Assembly (NCBI GenBank): GCA_025966135.1
Contig: JAOPVP010000043.1
Span: 18,904 to 82,903, forward strand
Origin: Frankiales bacterium
GTDB lineage: Bacteria; Actinomycetota; Actinomycetes; Mycobacteriales; SCTD01
Length of the DNA stretch: 64,000 nt
Direction: 5' to 3'
In this document: positions 46,610 to 58,939 of the stretch, in pieces
Layout of the letters: each line of letters begins with the position of its first letter
Numbering within the stretch: the first letter of the stretch is position 1
The notes under the pieces: model-generated
Databases searched by the model: none
Seen by the model: the letters and a program-made list of their open reading frames with translations, nothing else
What the model was told of the DNA's origin: nothing
Made by a program: the position numbers and the translations under genes

Positions 46610-47580
46610 CGGGTGCCGTCAAAGATGAGCTCTCCCGGCTGACGATCACGAAGCCGTGCTGCCGAAAGGCGGAGATGGCCTCGCTCCTGCGCTTCGCCGG
46701 GGGGCTGCACCTGGTCTCGGGGAAGATCGTCATCGAGGCCGACCTCGACGCTGGTAGCACCGCCCGACGCCTGCGCAAGGAGATCGCCGAGGTCTACGGC
46801 CACGCCAGTGACGTGCACGTCGTGGCTCCAGGTGGGCTGCGGAAGGGCAACCGCTGGGTCGTCCGAGTCTCCAAGGACGGCGACGGCCTGGCGCGTCAGT
46901 CCGGTCTCGTGGACGGCAACGGACGTCCCGTCCGCGGCCTCCCCCCGGCCGTCGTCAGCGGGGGTACCTGCGACGCCGCGGCAGCCTGGCGGGGCGCGTT
47001 TCTCGCGCACGGCTCCCTCACCGAGCCTGGCCGCTCCTCCTCGCTGGAGATCAGCTGCCCGGGCCCAGAGGCCGCGCTGGCGCTGGTGGGTGCCGCCCGG
47101 CGACTCGGAGTGCAGGCGAAGGCGCGCGAGGTGCGCGGGGTGGATCGGGTGGTCGTCCGTGACGGCGACGCCATCGCCGTGCTGCTGACCCGGCTGGGCG
47201 CCCACGAGGCCCTCATCGCGTGGGAGGACCGGCGGATGCGCCGCGAGGTCCGAGCCACAGCCAACCGGCTGGCCAACTTCGACGACGCCAACCTGCGCCG
47301 CTCCGCCCGGGCGGCGGTGGCGGCGGGCGCCCGCGTCGCCCGCGCGCTCGAGATCCTCGGCGTGGACGCCCCCGAGCACCTGCTGTCGGCCGGGCGCCTG
47401 CGCATCGAGCACTCCAACGCCTCGCTCGAGGAGCTCGGTGCGCTGGCCGACCCGCCGATGACCAAGGACGCCGTAGCCGGCCGGATCCGCCGCCTGCTGG
47501 CCATGGCCGACAAGCACGCGGCCGACTTGGGCATCCCCGACACCGAGGCCTCGGTGACCGCGGACATGCTCGCCCCTTGA
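46600..47580 (+). CDS. whiA: DNA-binding sporulation/cell-division regulator WhiA
   Basis: [35 protein letters not shown]-like middle domain and C-terminal HTH; conserved rapZ-yvcK-whiA order. Confidence 0.95.
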   Translation: MAMTGAVKDELSRLTITKPCCRKAEMASLLRFAGGLHLVSGKIVIEADLDAGSTARRLRKEIAEVYGHASDVHVVAPGGLRKGNRWVVRVSKDGDGLARQSGLVDGNGRPVRGLPPAVVSGGTCDAAAAWRGAFLAHGSLTEPGRSSSLEISCPGPEAALALVGAARRLGVQAKAREVRGVDRVVVRDGDAIAVLLTRLGAHEALIAWEDRRMRREVRATANRLANFDDANLRRSARAAVAAGARVARALEILGVDAPEHLLSAGRLRIEHSNASLEELGALADPPMTKDAVAGRIRRLLAMADKHAADLGIPDTEASVTADMLAP

Positions 47581-47662
47581 CCACTTCTCCCGCCGATCAT
47601 GGGGTTGTTGCCCGCCCCCTGAGCGTGGCCGGCGGGCAAGAGGTCCATGATCGGCGGGGTGG

Positions 47663-48676
47663 GTGAGCGCGGCGATCGCCCTGGCCGGGGCGGTCGACGG
47701 GGCGGTCCTGAGGGCCGCCGGCTGGCAGGTCCGCGGGGCACTGCACCTCACGCCGTACGACGACGTGCGGGACGTGCCCTCCTACGCCGGCCTCGAGGAC
47801 CTGCTGGCTGACGCGTCCCTGGACGCGGTGGTCCTCGACGGCGATGACCCCCTCCTCAGCCGGCACCTCCCGATCCTGCTCGAGCACGGCCTGCACGTGC
47901 TGCTGCCGTCCCCGGCGCCCCTGGACCCCGAGCTCCTGCGGGCGGCGCGCTCGGTGGAGGAGCCGGGCTGGGACGGCGAGCGCACGGATCGGGTCCGGCT
48001 CGCGGACCCCTTGCGGCCGGCCCGCTCAGGGACCGCACCGGCCGACGTGGCGGCCGCACTGGTGCAGCGCTGGGAGCCGTGGGCGCTCACCGCTGCGGCC
48101 GCGATCCCCCTCGTGGGAACACCCGTCCTGCAGGCGACCGTCCGGGGCTGGCCCCGCGGGGTGGCTGCCGCCGCGGAGCTCGTTGACCTGGCGCGGGCCT
48201 GGTGCGGCGACGTCGTGTCGGTGTCGGCGGCGCCGGCACCGCTGCCGGCCGCCGAGCTGGGGGAGGGCCTCCGCGTCGCCTGGTCCCTGTTGCACGCCTC
48301 GGGCGCCACCACCCTCGTCAGCCACGAAGGCGCGCCACCGTTGGCGCGGCTGTCGTTCGACACCGCCCGGCTCGAGGCCGGGCCCCTCGGCGCCCGCTGG
48401 GTCGGTGGCATGGAGCTCCCGTTGCTGCCCACCCCCGACCGCCGCGAGCTGCCCGACGACAGTCCCGATGCACCGCGGCGTCTCCCCGTACCTCCGGGCA
48501 CGCCCGCAGGGCTGCTCGCCAGCGCGGTGGCCCTCCTGCACGCCGTGCCCCTCGGCGAGGTCGACACCCACGCCTGGCCCTGGCCGGCCGACCTCGGCGA
48601 TCTCCAGGCCGTCAGCCGGGTGCTTGCGGCCCTCCGGGAGTCGGCCCGCGCCGAAGCCCCCGCCCGGGTGGCCTGA
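47663..48676 (+). CDS. Hypothetical protein, remote Gfo/Idh/MocA-like N-terminus without a clear GxGxxG
   Basis: 337-aa ORF filling the whiA-gap gap on the same strand. YAGLEDLLADASLDAVVLDG...LEHGLHVLL resembles the oxidoreductase N-terminal half. Competing out-of-frame ORFs look like artifacts. Confidence 0.5.
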   Translation: MSAAIALAGAVDGAVLRAAGWQVRGALHLTPYDDVRDVPSYAGLEDLLADASLDAVVLDGDDPLLSRHLPILLEHGLHVLLPSPAPLDPELLRAARSVEEPGWDGERTDRVRLADPLRPARSGTAPADVAAALVQRWEPWALTAAAAIPLVGTPVLQATVRGWPRGVAAAAELVDLARAWCGDVVSVSAAPAPLPAAELGEGLRVAWSLLHASGATTLVSHEGAPPLARLSFDTARLEAGPLGARWVGGMELPLLPTPDRRELPDDSPDAPRRLPVPPGTPAGLLASAVALLHAVPLGEVDTHAWPWPADLGDLQAVSRVLAALRESARAEAPARVA

Positions 48677-48747
48677 CGGGCGCCGGCGCCACCAGCGGCC
48701 TGACAATTCGGGAGGGGTGGTTCCGGAGCTGCCGCGCGGGTCGGTAG

Positions 48748-49812
<1,065 letters not shown>

Positions 49813-49825
49813 CGGGCGGCGCAGC

Positions 49826-51007
49826 TTGAGGCTCGCAGAGGACCTGCAGGTCAAGGGGAAGCGGGTCCTGGTCCGCTCTGACCTCAACGTCCCGCTCGAC
49901 GGTTCCAGCATCACCGACGACGGCCGCATCCGTGCGTCGCTGCCGCTGCTGCGCTCGCTCGCCGAACAGGGCGCGAAGGTCGTGGTAACGGCCCACCTCG
50001 GACGCCCGAAAGGCACCGCGAACCCGGCGTTCAGCCTGGCGCCGGTGGTCAGGCGCCTCGAGGAGCTGCTCGGGCGTCCGGTCCGGTTCGCCCGTGACGT
50101 CGTCGGCCCGGATGCGCAGTCCTCCGTGGCTGAGCTGCGCGAGGGCGGTGTCCTGGTACTCGAGAACGTCCGCTTCGAGGCCGCTGAGACGTCCAAGGAC
50201 GACGCCGTGCGTGGCGCGTTCGGCGACCGGCTGGCCGCCTTCGGTGAGCTCTACGTCAACGACGCCTTCGGCGCGGTGCACCGCAAGCACGCCAGCGTGT
50301 ACGACGTCGCGCTGCGGTTGCCCCACGCGGCCGGTCCGCTCGTCGCGGCCGAGGTGGACGTCCTGCGCCGGCTTGAGGTCGAGCCGGAGCGGCCGTACGT
50401 CGTCGTCCTCGGCGGCTCGAAGGTCAGCGACAAGATCCAGGTCATCGCGGCGCTGCTCCCCAAGGTCGACAAGCTCCTGGTCGGCGGAGGGATGTGCTTC
50501 ACCTTCCTGAAGGCCCAGGGCCATGACGTGGGCAGCAGCCTGCTCGAGGACGAGATGCTCGAGCAGTCCCGCACGCTGCTGGAGTCCGGCAAGATCGTGC
50601 TGCCGGTCGACGTGGTAGCGGCGACGGCCTTCAGCGCCGACGCCGAGCACGACGTGGTCGACGCCGACAAGATCCCGGCTGACCGGATGGGCCTCGACAT
50701 CGGGCCCAGGAGCGTCGCGCTGTTCAGCGAGGCGCTCGCCGGTGCCCGGACCGTGTTCTGGAACGGTCCGATGGGCGTCTTCGAGATGGCGCCTTACGCC
50801 GAGGGCACGCGCGGCGTGGCCGAGGCCGTCGCGTCCCTCAAGGGCGCGCTCACCGTCGTCGGCGGGGGCGACAGCGCTGCCGCCGTCCGTGCGCTCGGCA
50901 TCGGCGAGGACCGCTTCAGCCACATCAGCACCGGTGGGGGTGCGAGCCTGGAGCACCTGGAGGGCAAGGTCCTCCCCGGGCTCAGCGTCTTGGAGGACCA
51001 GCAGTGA
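49826..51007 (+). CDS. pgk: Phosphoglycerate kinase
   Basis: [21 protein letters not shown] and GGGDSAAA. Confidence 0.95.
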   Translation: MRLAEDLQVKGKRVLVRSDLNVPLDGSSITDDGRIRASLPLLRSLAEQGAKVVVTAHLGRPKGTANPAFSLAPVVRRLEELLGRPVRFARDVVGPDAQSSVAELREGGVLVLENVRFEAAETSKDDAVRGAFGDRLAAFGELYVNDAFGAVHRKHASVYDVALRLPHAAGPLVAAEVDVLRRLEVEPERPYVVVLGGSKVSDKIQVIAALLPKVDKLLVGGGMCFTFLKAQGHDVGSSLLEDEMLEQSRTLLESGKIVLPVDVVAATAFSADAEHDVVDADKIPADRMGLDIGPRSVALFSEALAGARTVFWNGPMGVFEMAPYAEGTRGVAEAVASLKGALTVVGGGDSAAAVRALGIGEDRFSHISTGGGASLEHLEGKVLPGLSVLEDQQ

Positions 51008-51056
51008 GCTCTTCTTGCGGCAGCCGATCAGTCGGCTCGGGCGGGGAGGAGCAGTA

Positions 51057-51839
51057 ATGCCGCGGAAACCGCTCATGGCGGGTAACTGGAAGATGAACCT
51101 CAACCACCTCGAGGCCATCGCGCTGGTCCAGAAGCTCGCCTTCTCGTTGTCGGACAAGGACCACGACGCGGTCGAGTGCGCGGTCCTGCCGCCCTTCGTC
51201 GACCTGCGCAGCGTCCAGACCCTGGTCGACGGCGACAAGCTCCGCATCGGGTACGGCGGACAGGACCTGTCCCAGTTCGACTCCGGCGCCCACACCGGCG
51301 ACATCAGCGGGGGCATGCTTGCGAAGCTTGCCTGCACCTACGTGATCGTGGGCCACTCAGAACGCCGTAGCGCGCACTTCGAGACCGACGAGGTGGTCCG
51401 AGCGAAGGTGCTCGCCGCGGGCCGGCATGGCCTGGTGCCGATCCTGTGCGTCGGCGAAGGTCTCGAGGTTCGGCAGGCCGGCAACCATGTGACGCACTGC
51501 CTGACGCAGTTGGACGCCGCGCTCGCGGATGTCCCGGGAAGCGTCCTGAAGACCATCGTGGTCGCGTACGAACCGGTCTGGGCGATCGGGACGGGTGAGG
51601 TCGCCACCCCAGAGGACGCGCAAGAGGTCTGCGCCGCTCTCCGCACCAGGCTCGCCGAGCTCGCGGGTGGCGACGTCGCGGACGGTATCCGGGTGCTCTA
51701 CGGCGGGTCGGTGACGTCCTCCAACGTCGCCGCGATCATGGCCCAGCCGGACGTCGACGGGGCTCTGGTGGGCGGTGCGTCACTCGACGCGGTCGAATTC
51801 GCCAAGATAGTCCGGTTTCCCGCCCTTGAGCCCGCCTGA
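51057..51839 (+). CDS. tpiA: Triose-phosphate isomerase
   Basis: [28 protein letters not shown] and YGGSV. Confidence 0.95.
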   Translation: MPRKPLMAGNWKMNLNHLEAIALVQKLAFSLSDKDHDAVECAVLPPFVDLRSVQTLVDGDKLRIGYGGQDLSQFDSGAHTGDISGGMLAKLACTYVIVGHSERRSAHFETDEVVRAKVLAAGRHGLVPILCVGEGLEVRQAGNHVTHCLTQLDAALADVPGSVLKTIVVAYEPVWAIGTGEVATPEDAQEVCAALRTRLAELAGGDVADGIRVLYGGSVTSSNVAAIMAQPDVDGALVGGASLDAVEFAKIVRFPALEPA

Positions 51840-51851
51840 GGCGCTCTGTCG

Positions 51852-51870
51852 CGCCGGCGCACCGGCGTTT
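51852..51870 (+). terminator. Candidate intrinsic terminator after tpiA
   Basis: CGCCGG-cgca-CCGGCG followed by TTT. Confidence 0.45.
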
Positions 51871-52054
51871 GAGTTGTGACAGGGTTTGGCACTGAGGTCA
51901 CCGGTTGGTCACGATCTCGGCTCAGGCGCGTGTCCTGCCTTCCATCTGGCTCCCTGACGGATCTACAGTCCGCTCACAGCCCTGTGTCAGGGACGCATGC
52001 CCTGACCAGGGGCCCGCGACCCTGGTCCACCCGACCGACCGGAGAAGAGAACTC

Positions 52055-53062
52055 GTGACGGCTCCGCTCGACGTCGACAGCTCGGCAACCACGGCGACGC
52101 CGGAGGCCGTGCTGCGGGGGCAGAAGGCCAAGAGCATCGAGGGCCGGTCACTCGGGCAGATCGCGTGGATGCGGCTGAAGCGCGACAAGGTCGCGCTCGG
52201 CGGCTTCGTGGTGATCGTGGTGCTCATCCTCATGGCGGTGCTCGCCCCTGTGCTCGTCAAGCTGTTCGGACACCCGCCGGACGAGTTCCACCAGGACCTC
52301 ATCGACCCGACCTTCCAGGTCCCGAAGGGGAAGTTCGGCGGGATCAGCTCCAGCTACCTCCTCGGCATCGAGCCCGGCAACGGTCGCGACGTCTTCAGCC
52401 GGATCGTCTACGGAGCCCGCATCTCGCTGCTGGTGGCATTCCTCGCGACGTTCGTGTCGGTCGGGATCGGCACGGTCCTGGGCGTCACGGCGGGCTTCTT
52501 CGGCGGCTGGATCGACGGGCTCATCAGTCGGGTGATGGACATCCTGCTTGCCTTCCCCCTGCTGCTGTTCGCGATCGGCCTCGGTGCGGTGCTGCAGAGC
52601 GGTAATGGCCTGCTGGGGCTGTCGGGCACCTCGCTGAGCGTCGCCGTGCTGGTCTTCATCATCGGCTTCTTCAACTGGCCCTACATCGGACGCATCGTCC
52701 GGGGCCAGACGCTGTCCCTGCGCGAGAAGGAGTTCGTCGACGCAGCGCGAAGCCTTGGCGCGACGAACGCGCACATCCTGTTCAAGCAGCTGCTTCCGAA
52801 CCTGGTTGCGCCCGTGCTGGTCTACTCCACGCTCATCATCCCTTCCAACATCTTGTTCGAGGCGGCCCTGTCCTTCCTCGGCGTCGGCGTCCGGCCACCC
52901 ACACCGTCGTGGGGCAGCATGCTGTCGGACGCCGTCGCGACCTACTCGATCGATCCGACCTTCATGGTCGTCCCGGGCACGGCGCTGTTCATCACGGTGC
53001 TCGCCTTCAACCTGCTGGGCGACGGACTGCGCGATGCGCTGGATCCGAAGGCCGGCCGCTGA
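52055..53062 (+). CDS. Peptide/nickel ABC transporter permease (DppC/OppC type)
   Basis: BPD transmembrane signature REKEFVDAARSLGA and six hydrophobic spans; GTG 52055 after GGAGAAG. Confidence 0.85.
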   Translation: MTAPLDVDSSATTATPEAVLRGQKAKSIEGRSLGQIAWMRLKRDKVALGGFVVIVVLILMAVLAPVLVKLFGHPPDEFHQDLIDPTFQVPKGKFGGISSSYLLGIEPGNGRDVFSRIVYGARISLLVAFLATFVSVGIGTVLGVTAGFFGGWIDGLISRVMDILLAFPLLLFAIGLGAVLQSGNGLLGLSGTSLSVAVLVFIIGFFNWPYIGRIVRGQTLSLREKEFVDAARSLGATNAHILFKQLLPNLVAPVLVYSTLIIPSNILFEAALSFLGVGVRPPTPSWGSMLSDAVATYSIDPTFMVVPGTALFITVLAFNLLGDGLRDALDPKAGR

Positions 53063-53168
53063 CCCGACGTGTCGAGCCGTCCACGCGACGGCTGGCTCGT
53101 CGTGCACCAAACGGAGCGGGTCGCCGACCCGTCCGGCGCTCAACACTTTGAAGGGAGCACCGCCCACG

Positions 53169-54926
53169 ATGTCCCGAAGTCACCTGTTAAGGGCCGGTAC
53201 TGTCGTAGCCGCCCTCGCTCTGGGTGCCGCCGCTTGCGGCGGCGGCAGCAGCGGCAGCAAAGCACCTAAGACGACCGGGGTCGCGGCGGCCTACAACGCT
53301 GCCGTCAACGGCGTGGTCAACGCCTCGTCCAAGAAGGGCGGGACGCTCAACTACGTGGCGGCGTCGGACTTCGACTCCCTCGACCCCGCCCGTACGTACT
53401 ACGCCTACAGCTGGAACTTCCAGCGCATCTACCAGCGCACTCTGATGATGTTCCAGACCAAGCCTGGTGCGGAGGGCGCGCAGGTCACCTCTGACCTCGC
53501 GACGGCGCCGGGCGTGGTGACCAACAGTGGCAAGACGGTCACCTACAAGCTCCGCGACGGGATCACGTTCGAGGACGGCACGGCGATCACCTCTGCCGAC
53601 ATCAAGTACGCCCTTGAGCGCTCGTTCGCCGAGGACGTCATCAACGGTGGCCCCGGTGCCACCTACCTCAAGCCCGTCCTGGTCGGCGGCACGGCGTACA
53701 AGGGTCCGTACAAGGACAAGGCGGGTCTGGCCTCCATCAAGACCCCGGACACCAAGACGATCAGCTTCGACCTGGTAAAGCCGTTCTCGGACTTCGACTA
53801 CCTGATGGCGCTTCCCATCAGCACACCGGTGCCGCAGAAGAAGGACACCGGCGCGCGGTACCAGTTCCACCCCGTCGCGAGCGGTCCGTACAAGATCGAC
53901 ACCTACCAGCCCAACAAGCTGCTCAAGCTCGTCCGCAACGACAAGTGGAACGCGGCCAGCGACCCCAACCGCAAGGCCCTGCCGGACCAGATCATCCTGA
54001 CCGAGGGGCTGCAGTCCGATGACATGGACGCGCGCCTGCTGAACGGGTCCGCTGACCTGGAGATCGAAGGCACCGGCGTCCAGCCGACCGCCGTGTCGAA
54101 GATCCTCACCAACCCTGAGCTCAAGAAGGCGGCCGACGACCCGTCGACCGGCTTCACGCGCTACATCTCCATCCAGGAGAAGGTTGCTCCCTTCGACAAC
54201 ATCCACTGCCGCAAGGCCGTGCAGTACGCCGCGGACAAGGTGGCACTGCAGTTCGCGCGTGGCGGCCCCATCGCCGGTGGTGACTTCGCCGGCCAGATGA
54301 TGCCGCCGACACTGCCGGCCTACAAGCAGTTCGACGCCTACCCGAGCGGTCCCGACCACAAGGGCGACCTCACCAAGGCGAAGGACGAGCTGAAGCTGTG
54401 CGGCAAGCCGAGCGGCTTCACGACCAAGATCGCGACCACCAACAAGGGCAAGGGCCCGAAGGTCGCGGTGGCGCTGCAGCAGGGCCTGGCGAGGGTTGGC
54501 ATCAAGGCCGACATCATCCAGGTGGACAGCTCGACCTACTACAGCGGCTTCATCGGTGTCCCGGACAACGTGCACAAGCGTGGCCTCGGCCTCGCGGTGG
54601 CCGGCTGGGGTCCTGACTTCCCGACTGAGTACGGCTTCTTCGAGTCCATCGTGGACGGCCGTGCCATCAAGCAGCAGGGCAACAGCAACTACTCCGAGTT
54701 CAACGACCCGACGGTCAACAGCCTGATCGACCAGGCGCAGGCAACCAGCGACGTGGCCAAGCGCAACGACCTCTGGAACCAGATCGACCACAAGGTCATG
54801 GACGGCGCGGACTACCTGCCGTTCGTGGCGGACAAGGCGCTGGACTACCGCGCACCGCGGCTGAGCAACGTGTACATCACTGGTGCCTTCGGCATGTACG
54901 ACTACGTCAACATCGGTATTGCCTAG
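53169..54926 (+). CDS. ABC transporter substrate-binding lipoprotein, family 5 (peptide/nickel)
   Basis: Lipobox LALGAAAC|GGGSSGS; SBP_bac_5-like length (585 aa) and motifs. Confidence 0.9.
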   Translation: MSRSHLLRAGTVVAALALGAAACGGGSSGSKAPKTTGVAAAYNAAVNGVVNASSKKGGTLNYVAASDFDSLDPARTYYAYSWNFQRIYQRTLMMFQTKPGAEGAQVTSDLATAPGVVTNSGKTVTYKLRDGITFEDGTAITSADIKYALERSFAEDVINGGPGATYLKPVLVGGTAYKGPYKDKAGLASIKTPDTKTISFDLVKPFSDFDYLMALPISTPVPQKKDTGARYQFHPVASGPYKIDTYQPNKLLKLVRNDKWNAASDPNRKALPDQIILTEGLQSDDMDARLLNGSADLEIEGTGVQPTAVSKILTNPELKKAADDPSTGFTRYISIQEKVAPFDNIHCRKAVQYAADKVALQFARGGPIAGGDFAGQMMPPTLPAYKQFDAYPSGPDHKGDLTKAKDELKLCGKPSGFTTKIATTNKGKGPKVAVALQQGLARVGIKADIIQVDSSTYYSGFIGVPDNVHKRGLGLAVAGWGPDFPTEYGFFESIVDGRAIKQQGNSNYSEFNDPTVNSLIDQAQATSDVAKRNDLWNQIDHKVMDGADYLPFVADKALDYRAPRLSNVYITGAFGMYDYVNIGIA

Positions 54927-55013
54927 CTAGACCGCTCACACCTCATCCTGAAGGGCAGGTGACGGCCGCTGCGGCCGGGAAGCACAGCTCCCCGGCCGCA
55001 GCGGCCACCACAT

Positions 55014-56015
55014 ATGGGTCGATTCATCATCCGACGGTCGATCGGCGTTGTCGTACTGATGGTGATCGTCAGCATGGCGACCTTCACGATCTTCTTCCTC
55101 GCGCCAAAGCTGGTCGGCACCAATCCGGCGACCTTGTTCGCGGGACGCGTTGCGGACGCCGCGACCATCAAGCAGGTGGAGATCAAGCTCGGCCTCGACA
55201 AGCCCATCCTCGTGCAGTACGAGCACTACCTGGTGGGCATCGTCGCGGGACGGCACTTCAACAACGGGCCGGACCAGACCTACTGTCCACCGCCGTGCCT
55301 GGGCTACTCCTTCAAGAACGACCAGGCGGTGTGGCCGCTGATGCTCGACCGCCTGCCGGTAACGGTGTCGCTGGCCATCGGCGCCGCAGTGCTCTGGCTG
55401 GTGGCGGGGACTCTGATCGGCATCCTGTCGGCTCTGCGACGAGGGAGCCTGTTCGACAGGGCCGCCATGACGGTCGCCCTTGCGGGCGTGTCACTGCCGG
55501 TCTACTTCACCGGGCTGCTCGCCCTCTCCCTGCTGAGCTATCAGTTCGATGTCCTCCCGAACGTGCACTACGTCGGCTTCACCGCCGACCCTGTCCAATG
55601 GGCACGCAACCTGCTCCTGCCCTGGATCTGCCTCGCGTTCCTCTACTCAGCGACCTATGCGCGCCTCACCCGCGCGAACATGCTGGAGACCATGGGTGAG
55701 GACTACATCCGTACCGCGCGGGCCAAGGGGCTGCCGGAGCGCACCGTCATCGCACGGCACGGGTTCCGTGCTGCCCTCACGCCGATCGTCACGATCTTCG
55801 GTCTCGACCTCGGCGGCCTGCTCGGGGGCGCCGTCCTCACCGAGACCGTCTTCGGCTTCCCGGGCGTCGGCAAGCTGGCCGTCGACGCCATCGCGGCCTC
55901 GGACCTGCCGATCATCCTCGGCGTCACCCTGTTCGCCGCCTTCTTCATCATCGTGGCCAACCTGGTCGTCGACGTCCTGTACGCGTACGTCGACCCGCGC
56001 GTCCGGTTCAACTGA
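55014..56015 (+). CDS. Peptide/nickel ABC transporter permease (DppB/OppB type)
   Basis: MGRFIIRRSIGVVVLMVIVSMATFTIFFL N-terminus and EDYIRTARAKGL signature. Confidence 0.9.
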   Translation: MGRFIIRRSIGVVVLMVIVSMATFTIFFLAPKLVGTNPATLFAGRVADAATIKQVEIKLGLDKPILVQYEHYLVGIVAGRHFNNGPDQTYCPPPCLGYSFKNDQAVWPLMLDRLPVTVSLAIGAAVLWLVAGTLIGILSALRRGSLFDRAAMTVALAGVSLPVYFTGLLALSLLSYQFDVLPNVHYVGFTADPVQWARNLLLPWICLAFLYSATYARLTRANMLETMGEDYIRTARAKGLPERTVIARHGFRAALTPIVTIFGLDLGGLLGGAVLTETVFGFPGVGKLAVDAIAASDLPIILGVTLFAAFFIIVANLVVDVLYAYVDPRVRFN

Positions 56016-56083
56016 TCGTCGGGCGTTCGGCGCGTACCCTTGAACCGGCCCTCCCAGCCCCTCGACTCGACCAAGGAAGCCCT

Positions 56084-57148
56084 GTGACTGCAGTCACCCT
56101 GGAAGGCACGCAGGCGCCGCGGCCCGCGCCGACGGCCTTCCTGGAGGTCCGTGATCTCCAGATCCACTTCCCCACCGATGACGGTCTCGTCAAGGCTGTC
56201 GACGGATTGTCGTTCCAGCTCGAGAAGGGCAAGACGCTCGGGATCGTCGGCGAGTCCGGCTCGGGGAAGAGCGTCACCAGCCTGGGGATCCTCGGCCTGC
56301 ACAAGGGCACCCGCGCCCGGCTCGGGGGTGAGGTGTGGCTGGACGGCAGCGAGCTGGTCTCGGCCACCAAGGAGGAGGTCCGCAAGCTCCGCGGCCTCAA
56401 GATGGCCATGATCTTCCAGGACCCGCTGTCGGCCCTGCACCCCTACTTCACGGTCGGTTCGCAGATCTCCGAGGCCTACCGCGTCCACAACAACGTCTCG
56501 AGGAAGGCCGGCCGGGCTCGTGCCGTCGAGATGCTCGACCGCGTCGGCATCCCGACCCCCGACAAGCGCGTGGACGACTACCCGCACCAGTTCTCCGGCG
56601 GCATGCGCCAGCGCGCCATGATCGCGATGGCGCTGTCCTGCAACCCTGAGTTGCTGATCGCCGACGAGCCGACCACGGCACTCGACGTGACGGTGCAAGC
56701 CCAGATCCTCGACCTGATGCGCGACCTCCAGAAGGAGTTCGGCTCGGCGATCATCATGATCACCCACGACCTCGGGGTCGTCGCGGAGTTCGCCGACGAC
56801 ATCCTGGTCATGTACGCCGGAAAGGCCGTGGAGTACGGCCCGGTCAACGAGGTCTTCTACCAGCCGCAGCACCCCTACACCTGGGGCCTGCTCTCCTCGG
56901 TGACGCGTCTGGACCGGCTCCGGCAGGAACGCCTCAAGCCCATCGCCGGCGCGCCGCCCAGCCTCATCAACGTCCCGAGCGGCTGTGCCTTCCACCCTCG
57001 CTGCCCCTACGAGCCGCAGACCAACGGCAAGGGTGCCACCGAGGTGCCGCCGCTCGTGGACTCGGGCGGAGGGCACCTGGTGCGCTGCCACCTGTCCGCC
57101 GAGGAGCGCAAGAGCATCTTCCTCGAACAGGTCAAGCCCACGCTGTGA
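56084..57148 (+). CDS. ABC transporter ATP-binding protein (DppD/OppD type)
   Basis: GESGSGKS Walker A, FSGGMRQR signature, [12 protein letters not shown] Walker B, oligopeptide C-terminal domain (CAFHPRCP). Confidence 0.9.
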   Translation: MTAVTLEGTQAPRPAPTAFLEVRDLQIHFPTDDGLVKAVDGLSFQLEKGKTLGIVGESGSGKSVTSLGILGLHKGTRARLGGEVWLDGSELVSATKEEVRKLRGLKMAMIFQDPLSALHPYFTVGSQISEAYRVHNNVSRKAGRARAVEMLDRVGIPTPDKRVDDYPHQFSGGMRQRAMIAMALSCNPELLIADEPTTALDVTVQAQILDLMRDLQKEFGSAIIMITHDLGVVAEFADDILVMYAGKAVEYGPVNEVFYQPQHPYTWGLLSSVTRLDRLRQERLKPIAGAPPSLINVPSGCAFHPRCPYEPQTNGKGATEVPPLVDSGGGHLVRCHLSAEERKSIFLEQVKPTL

Positions 57149-57197
57149 CAGGCACAGTGACAGTCGCCGTGACCCTCATGACTCTGGAGACCCACGC

Positions 57198-58232
57198 ATG
57201 ACCGCCGTCGACGAGAGCACCACGGGGGCACCCGCGACGGGCAAGGAACCGCTGCTGGAGGTCGAGGGCCTTCAGAAGTACTTCCCGGTGACCCGCGGGA
57301 TCATCTTCCAGAAGCAGGTCGGGGCAGTGAAGGCCGTAGACGGCCTGAGCTTCACCGTCAACAAGGGGGAAACCCTCGGCCTGGTCGGCGAGACGGGCTG
57401 CGGCAAGTCGACCACCGGGCGGCTCCTGACCCGCCTGCTCGAGCCGAGCGACGGGCGCATCACCTTCGAGGGCAAGGACATCACCCACCTGTCCCGCTCG
57501 GCCATGCGGCCGCTGCGCAAGGACATCCAGATCATCTTCCAGGACCCCTACAGCTCGCTGAACCCACGGCACACCATCGGGTCCATCGTCGGCGCCCCGT
57601 TCCGGATGCAGAAGGTCAAGACCGACAACGGCATCAAGAAGGCGGTCCAGGACCTGCTGGCGCTGGTGGGTCTGAACCCCGAGCACTACAACCGCTACCC
57701 GCACGAGTTCTCCGGCGGCCAGCGGCAGCGCATCGGCATCGCCCGCGCCCTGGCGCTGCGGCCCAAGCTCATCGTCTGTGACGAGCCTGTCTCCGCACTC
57801 GACGTGTCGATCCAGGCCCAGGTCATCAACCTGCTGGACGACCTGCAGAGCGAGTTCGACCTCACCTACGTCTTCATCGCGCACGACCTGTCGGTCGTCC
57901 GGCACATCTCCGACCGGGTGGCCGTGATGTACCTCGGCAAGATCGTCGAGATCGGTGACCGGGTGTCGCTCTACGAGCACCCGATGCATCCCTACACGCA
58001 CGCTCTGCTCTCGGCCGTCCCCGTGCCGGACCCGGTCAAGGAGAGCAAGCGCGAGCGCATCCTGCTCAGCGGCGACGTCCCCAGCCCACTCAACCCGCCC
58101 CCCGCCTGTCGCTTCCACACCCGGTGCTGGAAGGCTCAGTCCATCTGCAAGCAGGTTGAGCCACCCTTGGTCGAGATCCAGCCGGGTCACGAGGTGGCCT
58201 GCCACTTTCCCGAGGAGCGCGTGCTCGTCTGA
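57198..58232 (+). CDS. ABC transporter ATP-binding protein (DppF/OppF type)
   Basis: [29 protein letters not shown] and CRFHTRC. Confidence 0.9.
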   Translation: MTAVDESTTGAPATGKEPLLEVEGLQKYFPVTRGIIFQKQVGAVKAVDGLSFTVNKGETLGLVGETGCGKSTTGRLLTRLLEPSDGRITFEGKDITHLSRSAMRPLRKDIQIIFQDPYSSLNPRHTIGSIVGAPFRMQKVKTDNGIKKAVQDLLALVGLNPEHYNRYPHEFSGGQRQRIGIARALALRPKLIVCDEPVSALDVSIQAQVINLLDDLQSEFDLTYVFIAHDLSVVRHISDRVAVMYLGKIVEIGDRVSLYEHPMHPYTHALLSAVPVPDPVKESKRERILLSGDVPSPLNPPPACRFHTRCWKAQSICKQVEPPLVEIQPGHEVACHFPEERVLV

Positions 58233-58465
58233 TGATCACCTTTCTTTCCGTCGTACTCGTGCTCGCCAGTCTTGGCATGATCGTGCTCGTGCTGCTCCAC
58301 AAGGGGAAGGGTGGCGGCTTGTCGAACATGTTCGGCGGCGGCGTGTCCTCCTCGCTCGGTGGCAGCGCGGTGGTGGAGAAGAACCTCGACCGCCTCACGA
58401 TCATCTGCGGGCTGGTGTGGTTCGTCTGCATCGTCGCGCTTGGCCTGCTTCTCAAGACGGCCTAG
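58232..58465 (+). CDS. secG: Preprotein translocase subunit SecG
   Basis: 77 aa, two TM segments flanking LLHKGKGGGLSNMFGGG; ATG shares 1 nt with the upstream TGA. Confidence 0.9.
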   Translation: MITFLSVVLVLASLGMIVLVLLHKGKGGGLSNMFGGGVSSSLGGSAVVEKNLDRLTIICGLVWFVCIVALGLLLKTA

Positions 58466-58561
58466 CGGCCGCTTCACCGGCACCAGCGCGTAGACTGCGC
58501 CTGTTCGGTACGGCGTAGTCGGTTCGACCAGTCTTCGGTAATACGAGCTTCAGGAGTCAAC

Positions 58562-58894
58562 GTGGCAGGCGGCAACGCGATCCGAGGCAGCCGCGTCGGC
58601 GCCGGTCCGATGGGGGAGGCCGAGCGCGGCGAGGCAGCTCCTCGGCGTCGGATCTCCTTCTGGTGCGCCAACAAGCACGAAACGCGTCCCTCCTTCGCGG
58701 AGGAGGCGGCGATCCCCGACACCTGGGACTGTCCGCGGTGCGGCTTCCCCGCCGGGCGTGACAAGGACGCGCCGCCTGCGCCTCCGAAGACCGAGCCCTA
58801 CAAGACGCACCTCGCGTACGTGCGCGAGCGCCGCAACCAGGAGGACGGCGAGGCCATCCTCGCTGAGGCCCTCGCCAAGCTCCGCGGCAAGTAG
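58562..58894 (+). CDS. rbpA: RNA polymerase-binding protein RbpA
   Basis: RISFWCANKHETRPSFA...WDCPRCG...KTHLAYVRERR, characteristic of actinobacterial RbpA. Confidence 0.9.
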   Translation: MAGGNAIRGSRVGAGPMGEAERGEAAPRRRISFWCANKHETRPSFAEEAAIPDTWDCPRCGFPAGRDKDAPPAPPKTEPYKTHLAYVRERRNQEDGEAILAEALAKLRGK

Positions 58895-58907
58895 CCCCGC
58901 ACATCCC

Positions 58908-58939
58908 ACGCCCCGCCCCCCTCCCGGGAGGCGGGGCGT
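58908..58939 (+). terminator. 10-bp GC hairpin after rbpA (candidate terminator)
   Basis: ACGCCCCGCC-(12 nt C-rich loop)-GGCGGGGCGT. Confidence 0.45.
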
